A stretch of 64,000 bases of DNA from Chthoniobacteraceae bacterium (lineage in GTDB: Bacteria; Verrucomicrobiota; Verrucomicrobiia; Chthoniobacterales; Chthoniobacteraceae). Location: positions 94,692 through 158,691 of the forward strand of contig JANNWY010000083.1 of the NCBI GenBank assembly GCA_031409335.1, given 5' to 3'. The translations under genes and the position numbers were made by a program. Below the pieces are notes generated by a model. That model saw only the letters and a list, made by a program, of their open reading frames with translations. It made no database searches and was not told the DNA's origin. The stretch's first letter is position 1, and each line of letters starts with the position of its first letter. This document shows, piece after piece, positions 1 through 6,847 of the stretch.

Positions 1-1013
1 GGCTCGATGATCGCCCTCACCTCGCGCTCATGCTCAAAGGACTTTCGTTTGTAGAGAAATGGCGCGAGCGGATTGCTCTCCGGAATCCATCCTTTCTCAT
101 AATCCACGTAGCGAACCATTCCGACCCGCGCCTGCTCGCCCATCGCCGCCTGCAACTTCCGAAACGTCGTCTGCACACACACCGCCTCGTGTGTGAGCGC
201 GTAGAGCTTCCACATTGCCGCTGACTCCTGCTCATTGCTGTGCCAGCAACTCACTGCAACGTGTCCGCGCAGGCGCTTCACCATTTCTCCGGCGGTGAGG
301 TGAAAGCGGTTCGGCAGGTGGTTATAAACTCGTGGTCGAAACTCTTCATTGCCTCGCGCATACGACCCTTCGAATGGGTCCACCAGCATCTCCACCGTCG
401 GGAAGTAGAGGCCTTCGTTCTGAAGCATCGAGACAAATTTCGTGAAGTCCATGTAGCGCCACAGCGGGATGTCCGGGTCGGCCGGCGGCATGAAGAGAGT
501 ATATGGCGCAGCGTGGCTCTCGCCTGCTCCATTGGCCGACTTCATCCGCGGAACTAAGCCTCGCCGGAGATGATCGAGGTAATTCTCCAAACCAGCTTTT
601 CGAGCTGCAATAGCGGCAGCCTTGGCAGGCTCCTCGCCGCCATACTTCTTCACCGTAAAGGGTTTGACGACGATCTTTCTATCGATCCCGGGCCAGTCTG
701 CTGACCAGAAAGGATAAAAGCGGTCTCCATTCGGAGTCCTCTTTCTGCCATTGGAGCGATAGATTCCGTGCTCAGGGTCAAGATCGACGTCTCCAAACTT
801 CCCATACCCGATCCCTGAAGCGGCAAACTCATTCTCCATCGCGTCGCGGAAGCGTTGAGCCATCAGCCGCGATGGTTCTTCTCCGCCATACCGATTCCAG
901 TTGAACGACTCACTCACCGGCTTTCGCCCCTTGGATGTGAAATGGACCTGCCACGAGCGGGTCCATGAGTTGGTTCCCCTCTTCCGGTAATTCTGCGGAC
1001 GGATGTTCCTCAT
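1..1013 (-). CDS. Tandem AP2-like domains fused to DUF2971-like domain (3' end runs off window)
   Basis: Manual translation from ATG 1013 is open to the left edge. It has two repeats (WQVHF...SFNWNRYGGEEPSRLMAQRFRD and GIYR...FWSADW...PFTVKKYGGEEPAKAAAIAAR), then LWRYMDFTKFVSML, SCWHSNEQESAAMWKLY and KRKSFEHEREVRAI. Absent from the ORF track because there is no stop in the window. Confidence 0.8.
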   Translation of the reverse strand, partial: MRNIRPQNYRKRGTNSWTRSWQVHFTSKGRKPVSESFNWNRYGGEEPSRLMAQRFRDAMENEFAASGIGYGKFGDVDLDPEHGIYRSNGRKRTPNGDRFYPFWSADWPGIDRKIVVKPFTVKKYGGEEPAKAAAIAARKAGLENYLDHLRRGLVPRMKSANGAGESHAAPYTLFMPPADPDIPLWRYMDFTKFVSMLQNEGLYFPTVEMLVDPFEGSYARGNEEFRPRVYNHLPNRFHLTAGEMVKRLRGHVAVSCWHSNEQESAAMWKLYALTHEAVCVQTTFRKLQAAMGEQARVGMVRYVDYEKGWIPESNPLAPFLYKRKSFEHEREVRAIIE

Positions 1014-1119
1014 CTCTCCGGTTAGCGGTGCGTGGCGCATCGTTGCAGCCTACAAAAGAGACCGCGCGACGCCAGCGCCGAGACGACGCATTGGATTGGG
1101 CGTGATGCCGTCCATGCAC

Positions 1120-1201
1120 CGGCCCGGAGGGCCGACGGAAATTAGCCGGTGGCGTCAGCCACCGGAACCGCATCCCAACAGAATCCGCCCCGGCAGGGGC
1201 G
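1120..1201. repeat. Left triple-hairpin REP-like end flanking the HUH transposase
   Basis: Hairpins CGGCCCGGAGGGCCG, GAAATTAGCCGGTGGCGTCAGCCACCGGA (1138-1166) and CGCCCCGGCAGGGGCG (1186-1201); inverted copy at 1677-1759. Confidence 0.85.
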
Positions 1202-1213
1202 GCGGAATCGCGC

Positions 1214-1660
1214 TCACCACAGATACCGCTCGTCGTATTCCACGCCGCCGAGTCGCAGGAATTCGAGATACTCATCCTGGTAAGTCTGTTTTCGGTGATG
1301 CTCCTCCTGCCGTTCGATGTAGCCCCGAACCCCTACGCACTGCGGTGGACTGACCGTGAAACCGCCGTAGCCCTCCTGCCATGAAAAGAGGCCGTCACTG
1401 ATTTCGTCATGCACCCAGCGGGACGAAACCGCTTTCACCGAGCCGACAACATCCGCGAGGCAATGCGTCGCCCGCAGGCCGATGAGCAAATGAACGTGGT
1501 CATCAACACCGCCAACAGCCTCCGCAATGCCACCAAGATTGCGCACGATGCCGCCGAGATACGCGTGCAGCCGTTCGCGCCACGCGGTGACGATGAACGG
1601 GCGACGTTCTTTGGTGCTAAAGACGATGTGATAGTGGAGCGAGAGATGGGTGGATGGCAT
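1214..1660 (-). mobile_element. tnpA: IS200/IS605-family (Y1 HUH) transposase TnpA / REP-associated tyrosine transposase
   Basis: 148 aa; HYHIVFSTK N-terminus, HUH motif DHVHLL, WQEGYGGFTVS, catalytic-helix YIERQEEHH. Confidence 0.93.
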
Positions 1661-1676
1661 CGCGGCGAGGTTCTAG

Positions 1677-1759
1677 CGCCCCTGCCGGGGCGCATGGCTT
1701 TTCTATCTGCAATCCGGTGGCTGACGCCACCGGCTAATTTCGATGCAGCCCTTCGGGCT
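1677..1759. repeat. Right triple-hairpin REP-like end (inverted copy of 1120-1201)
   Basis: 1713-1741 is the exact reverse complement of 1138-1166 (29 bp); 1677-1692 is the reverse complement of 1186-1201; outer hairpin AGCCCTTCGGGCT at 1747-1759. Confidence 0.85.
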
Positions 1760-2086
1760 TCCGCGCAGATCGCGATTTTCACCGCGCAACTCAAACAACT
1801 CCCGAAACCCGACTTCCTCCGCGCATGGTGCGCCGTCGCCTATGCCTTCCCCGGCCTGCATCCCGATGGCTACGAGGACGCCGGGAGCGGCGGGCCGCGC
1901 GTGCTGAAACGCTTCGCCGCCGAGGCGTGGCGCCGGGCGGACGCGGGCGAACTCGCCGACGAAGAACTCTACCCCTGCGACGCCCAATGGTCGGGCCTCT
2001 ACGACCGGATGCACACGCACGAGGACGACGAAACCGCCCGCCGTTTCCAAATCGCCGCCGACCTCGGCGCGCGCGCCGATGGCTGA
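1760..2086 (+). pseudogene. 5'-truncated hypothetical gene, probably interrupted by the tnpA element
   Basis: Strongly GC3-biased frame SAQIAIFTAQLKQLPKPDFLRAWC...; no ATG between the repeat and the late Met near 2010; stop overlaps the vsr start. Confidence 0.5.
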
Positions 2087-2588
2087 TGTCTTCACGAAGG
2101 CAAAGCGCAGCGCCGTCATGTCGCTCATCCGCTCGCGCGGCAACCGCGCGACCGAACTCCGCCTCATCGCGCTGATGCGCGAACACGGCATCACCGGCTG
2201 GCGGCGGAACGCGCGCGTTTTCGGCAAGCCCGATTTCGTCTTCCGCCACGAGCGTGTCGCCGTGTTTGCCGATGGCTGCTTTTGGCACGGCTGCCCGCGA
2301 CACGCGACGATGCCAGCGAGCAATCGCGCATTTTGGCAAGCCAAACTCGCGCGCAACATGGCGCGGGATCGCGAGGTGACGCGAAGGCTGCGCGCGGCGG
2401 GCTGGCGCGTGGTGCGGGTGTGGGAGTGTGCGCTGTCGCCCGCCCGCGCTGTTGCCACGATGGCGCGTATCTCGCGCGCCCTGGGAGGGGCGGAGATGGA
2501 TGGCGTCGTGGCAATGCCGCACCGGATGGCGGGCGGTCTCGCGGGGCGGAAATTCATTCTCGACGAACGGCGCAAGCCCAAGCGATAA
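2079..2588 (+). CDS. vsr: Very short patch repair endonuclease
   Basis: MADVFTKAKRSAVMSLIRSRGN..TE, GKPDFVF, DGCFWHGC, FWQAKLARN..RD, GWRVVRVWEC. Confidence 0.93.
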   Translation: MADVFTKAKRSAVMSLIRSRGNRATELRLIALMREHGITGWRRNARVFGKPDFVFRHERVAVFADGCFWHGCPRHATMPASNRAFWQAKLARNMARDREVTRRLRAAGWRVVRVWECALSPARAVATMARISRALGGAEMDGVVAMPHRMAGGLAGRKFILDERRKPKR

Positions 2589-2627
2589 CGCTGAAAAAAG
2601 CCGGTCAGTTTTTGCGAAAGGAATCCT

Positions 2628-3653
2628 GTGAACCCACAACCACCCGAACTCAAGACAGACGAACTCGAAGCGGTCCAGCAACTTCACCAGCACTACCAAG
2701 GCGTCGTGCGGCAGATGGGTGGAGTGATTGTCGGGTTGGAGGATGTGATCGAGCAACTGCTGGTGGTGCTGCTCTGCCGCGGCCACGGGATTCTGGAGGG
2801 TGTGCCGGGTCTGGCAAAAACGCTGATGGTTTCGACGCTGGCTTCCTTGCTGGGGATGACGTTTCGGCGGATTCAATTCACGCCGGATCTGATGCCTTCG
2901 GACATCACGGGGACGGAGATTTTGGAGGAAGATCACACGACCGGAAAGCGGGTGTTCAAGTTTGTACGCGGGGCGATTTTTGGGAATATCGTCCTGGCGG
3001 ATGAGATCAATCGCACCCCGCCGAAAACGCAGAGTGCGCTGCTGGAGGCGATGCAGGAGCGGCAGATCACGGTTGGCGGTGAGACTTACAAATTGCCGGA
3101 CCCGTTCTTCGTGCTGGCCACGCAGAATCCCATCGAGCAGGAGGGCACCTATACTTTGCCCGAAGCGCAGCTTGATCGGTTCATGCTCAAGATCGAAGTC
3201 GATTACCCATCGCGTCCGGAGGAGATCGAGATCGTGAAGCGTGCGACCACCGACTACACCAATGTGCCGCAGGTGGTCATCAGCACCGAACAGATCGTCA
3301 CGATGCAACGGCTGGTGCGCAAGGTGCCGGTCGCGGATCATGTCTATGAGTTTGCCGTGGACCTCGCGCGCTACACGCGTCCGTTGGCCGGTGGGAGTGA
3401 CTACGTGAAGGAGATGGTGAACTGGGGTGCGGGACCGCGGGCGAGCATCTGCCTGATCCTCGCAGCCAAGGCGCGTGCGATCCTACATGGGCGGTATCAT
3501 ACGACTACGGAGGATGTGAGCGCGATGGCTCTGCCCGTCCTGCGGCATCGGATCGTGCCGACCTTCAACGCGGAGGCATCCGGCAAGGACGAGAATGCCA
3601 TCGTGCGACAAATGCTCGCGGAAATCGTGAAGGCATCGAAGAAGGCCGCGTAA
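2628..3653 (+). CDS. moxR: MoxR-family AAA+ ATPase
   Basis: Walker A EGVPGLAKT, RIQFTPDLMPSDITG, Walker B LADEINRTPPKTQSALLEAMQE, ATQNPIEQEGTYTLPEAQLDRF, GAGPRAS. Confidence 0.96.
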   Translation: MNPQPPELKTDELEAVQQLHQHYQGVVRQMGGVIVGLEDVIEQLLVVLLCRGHGILEGVPGLAKTLMVSTLASLLGMTFRRIQFTPDLMPSDITGTEILEEDHTTGKRVFKFVRGAIFGNIVLADEINRTPPKTQSALLEAMQERQITVGGETYKLPDPFFVLATQNPIEQEGTYTLPEAQLDRFMLKIEVDYPSRPEEIEIVKRATTDYTNVPQVVISTEQIVTMQRLVRKVPVADHVYEFAVDLARYTRPLAGGSDYVKEMVNWGAGPRASICLILAAKARAILHGRYHTTTEDVSAMALPVLRHRIVPTFNAEASGKDENAIVRQMLAEIVKASKKAA

Positions 3654-3701
3654 GTCGCGGAACCGCACTCTACCTGAAGCAGCTCCGAGACGAACGCATC
3701 C

Positions 3702-4616
3702 ATGACAACTCTGGCCGGAGTTTCTGACGTTCTCAATCCGAAGGATTTGGCGCGGCTCGAAGGCCTCGAATTGCTGGCCAGTCGTGTGGTGGATGGGTTG
3801 CTCTCGGGGAAACATCGCTCGCAGATGAAAGGCGGGAGTGCTGAATTTACCGAGCACCGTGGCTACGTGCCGGGGGATGAAATCCGGCTGATTGACTGGA
3901 AGGTCTTCGGCAAGAGCGACCGTTACTTCATCAAGCAATACATTGAGCAAACGTGTTTGCAGGTGATCGTGGTGGTCGATGGCAGTGGCTCGATGGCATT
4001 TGGGTTGGACGACATGACTAAGTTTCACTACGCGCGCTCGCTGGCCGCATGTCTGACCCGGCTCGTCCTTCGCCAAAGTGACTCGGCGGGTCTGGCGGTG
4101 CTGGGAAGCACGGTGCGCAACTACGTGCCGCCACGGGCCAATCCCAATCACTTCCAGGCGATTGTGCGGATGCTGGGCGACGCGCAGCCGAGCGGCGAAA
4201 CTTCGCTCGCGCAAAATCTGACGGAGCTGGCGCGTCGGATCAAGCGGCGCGGTTTGATCGTGCTGCTGAGCGATTGTTTTGACGATCTCGATGCGCTGCG
4301 GCAGGCGCTGCACTTTCTGCGCGCGCGCGGACACGAGATCATCCTGCTGCACACAATGGCGCGCGAGGAACTGACCTTTGACTTTGGCGGCTGGTCGCGC
4401 TTCGACTGTCTCGAGGTCGATGGCACCTTTCTCAGCCTCGATCCGGGTCTGGTGCGGAAAGACTATCTGGAAAGCGTACAAACATTTCTAAACGGACTGA
4501 AACGCATCTGTGGCGAAACCGGGTGTGACTATCATCCGCTGCCCACTGACCAACCGATGGGTGAGGCGCTGGCCTGGTATCTTCAGCGCCGCAGCGCCCG
4601 CCTCAAACAAACGTGA
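3702..4616 (+). CDS. DUF58 family protein (MoxR partner, VWA-like)
   Basis: G.HRS..KGGSAEFTEHRGYVPGDEIRLIDWKVFGKSDR, DGSGSM, LLSDCF. Confidence 0.92.
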   Translation: MTTLAGVSDVLNPKDLARLEGLELLASRVVDGLLSGKHRSQMKGGSAEFTEHRGYVPGDEIRLIDWKVFGKSDRYFIKQYIEQTCLQVIVVVDGSGSMAFGLDDMTKFHYARSLAACLTRLVLRQSDSAGLAVLGSTVRNYVPPRANPNHFQAIVRMLGDAQPSGETSLAQNLTELARRIKRRGLIVLLSDCFDDLDALRQALHFLRARGHEIILLHTMAREELTFDFGGWSRFDCLEVDGTFLSLDPGLVRKDYLESVQTFLNGLKRICGETGCDYHPLPTDQPMGEALAWYLQRRSARLKQT

Positions 4617-4617
4617 G

Positions 4618-6831
4618 TTGAATTTCCTCAGCCCAGCGTTCTTGATCGGCCTTCCCCTGGTCGCCATCCCACTGGTGATTCACATGCTGAGTCGCCGGCA
4701 GCAAAAGCGCATTTCGTGGGGTGCGATGCGGTTTCTGAAAGAAGCGGTGACCCGCAGACGCCGACTGTGGCGGCTGACCGACCTCCTTCTTTTACTCCTG
4801 CGCACGGCCGTCTTTCTGTTCTTCATCTGCGCACTCGCGCGTCCACTGCTTCCCGCCACATGGCTTGGCGGAGCGACGCCGCGCGAGGTCATCCTGGTGC
4901 TGGATCAATCCATGTCGATGTCGCGAAAGGTTGGCGACACCTTGCTCTTCGATCTGCAAATCGAGCAGGCGAATGCCACGCTCGAAAAGCTGACGAGTCG
5001 CGATAGCGTGCGCATCATTCTCGCTGGCGAGACGCCGGAATGGCTCACACCCGACGCCATTGAGGTCAGCCCTTCCGCCATTCGGAAACTCCGCACGCAA
5101 GTCGATGGTCTGAAGCCTACGCTCGGTGCCGGAGACTTAATCGCCTGCGTGCGAGAAGCCGCGGACCTGGAAGCTCCCAAGGATAAGTCCGCGCGGGTGA
5201 TCGTGGTCTTCAGCGATCGGCAAAGGTATGGCTGGAGGGTGGATGAGCGTCCGCTCTGGACGGCAGTGCAGACGCGCCTGCAACAGGCGGCGATCCCATC
5301 GAGCGTAAACGTGCAGTTGCTGGGTGAAGGGGTAGCCGACACTGGCAACCTTTGCGTGAACCGGATCGAGGTGGCGCGTCCTTTCGCGGCGATTAAGCAG
5401 GAGTTGAACTTCACTGCGCACGTCCAGAATCGCGGACCCAAACCGAGCGCCGCGACGTTACTCGGCTGGAAGACGGGTGATCAATCGCTCGGCGTGGCGA
5501 CGATCCCGGAACTCGCGCCGGGCGCGAGCACGACCGTCAGCCTTGCGCATGAGTTTGCGAATGCGGGAGTTTTTGAAGTCGCTGGCCGCCTTGAAGCGAA
5601 AGATGCGCTGGCTGGCGACAATGATGCGCGGGTGCTGGTTCAAATCTATGAGCGCCTGCCGGTCTTGATCGTCGAAGATACGAACACTGGCGAGGCGATC
5701 GAGAGTGATTCTGCCTTCGTGCTGGCAGCGCTCGGTGCCCGCAAGGCTGGGCCGGCCAATACCGGATGGCGCTCGGTTTTTGAGCCTGTCGTGATCGAGC
5801 CGATTGCCTTGCTGGCCACCGACCTGAACCGCTTTCGCTGCATCATCCTAGCCGATCCGCGAAATGTCGAACCGGCAGCCATCGACAAGCTGGAGGTATA
5901 TGTCCGATCCGGCGGAGGCTTGTGGATGGCTTTGGGATCACATGCGAATGAGGTAGTCTTTAACGATCGCTGGTATCGCGGTGGGCTCGGTCTCGCGCCG
6001 TTGAAATTGACCGCGGCAATCGGTGACGCGAACAATCGCGAGAAGTTCTTTGCGGTGCGCGCTGCGTCTGATGCGCATCCGGCGACGGCGCTGCTGTCGG
6101 ATTTCCAGCGGCTCGATCTGGATCGCGCGCGCATTTATCGCCGGTATCAATTCGACGCGGCGAGCGGTAACGATGTCTCCGTGCTTTTGGAAGTGCAGCA
6201 TGGCGATCCGGTGGTGGTCGAGCGCAAGCTGGAGCGCGGTCGCGTTCTCGTGCAAAGCATTCCACTCGGAATCTCATGGAGTTCGTTGCCACTTTGCCAG
6301 GCATACGTCGCGATGCTTCACGAATGGCTGTGGTATCTCGCGGAACCGGCTTTGCCTGCGCGAAACTTGGCAGTCGGTGAAGCAATTATGGAAGCCGCGA
6401 GTCCCAAGGACATTGCCGAACTAACCTTGCCGGACAGCCGGATGATCGAGTGTGAAGCAACCGCTGCTTCTGGTGCCGCGCACTTCCGCCACGTGGCAAC
6501 GCGCCTTCCCGGCGAATACGTGCTGCGGCTGAAGACCAAAGAGAGTGAGGCTGTGCCAACGAGATTCCTTGTGCAACGCAGCACGGAGGAGTCGGACCTG
6601 AAGATCCTTTCGGAACAGGACATGCAACAGATTCGCGCGACCAATGGCTTTCAAATCGATGCGGGTCCCGATGCGCTCGCGGTCAGCGGAAAGATCGAGG
6701 TGCCAAAGCATCCGCTGGAAGGATGGCTGCTGGCAGCACTGGCTTTTGCACTTGTGGGTGAACTCCTGCTGGCTGGGTGGACGACCCAGCGGCGAAACCT
6801 CGCGCTGAAGCCAGTCGCCATGGGAGGATAA
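4618..6831 (+). CDS. BatA-type N-terminal double-TM + VWA + Ig/CARDB-like + GATase1-like membrane protein
   Basis: Likely TTG start 4618 (FLSPAFLIGLPLVAIPLVIHML...WGAMRFL...LLLRT..ALARP); MIDAS DQSMSM; VFSD; C-terminal TM. Confidence 0.82.
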   Translation: MNFLSPAFLIGLPLVAIPLVIHMLSRRQQKRISWGAMRFLKEAVTRRRRLWRLTDLLLLLLRTAVFLFFICALARPLLPATWLGGATPREVILVLDQSMSMSRKVGDTLLFDLQIEQANATLEKLTSRDSVRIILAGETPEWLTPDAIEVSPSAIRKLRTQVDGLKPTLGAGDLIACVREAADLEAPKDKSARVIVVFSDRQRYGWRVDERPLWTAVQTRLQQAAIPSSVNVQLLGEGVADTGNLCVNRIEVARPFAAIKQELNFTAHVQNRGPKPSAATLLGWKTGDQSLGVATIPELAPGASTTVSLAHEFANAGVFEVAGRLEAKDALAGDNDARVLVQIYERLPVLIVEDTNTGEAIESDSAFVLAALGARKAGPANTGWRSVFEPVVIEPIALLATDLNRFRCIILADPRNVEPAAIDKLEVYVRSGGGLWMALGSHANEVVFNDRWYRGGLGLAPLKLTAAIGDANNREKFFAVRAASDAHPATALLSDFQRLDLDRARIYRRYQFDAASGNDVSVLLEVQHGDPVVVERKLERGRVLVQSIPLGISWSSLPLCQAYVAMLHEWLWYLAEPALPARNLAVGEAIMEAASPKDIAELTLPDSRMIECEATAASGAAHFRHVATRLPGEYVLRLKTKESEAVPTRFLVQRSTEESDLKILSEQDMQQIRATNGFQIDAGPDALAVSGKIEVPKHPLEGWLLAALAFALVGELLLAGWTTQRRNLALKPVAMGG

Positions 6832-6847
6832 CGCCGGTACCTGACCC

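Noticed and set aside
17..1353. Short track ORFs (17-235, 30-224, 240-557, 278-532, 650-832, 910-1275, 1003-1353)
   Set aside because: Alternative-frame shadows of the edge-truncated 1-1013 gene and of the repeat/tnpA region.
1214..2086. Possible IS605 element with TnpB or IscB
   Set aside because: No RuvC or zinc-finger ORF beside tnpA; the 1409-2086 ORF is antisense to tnpA in its first half.
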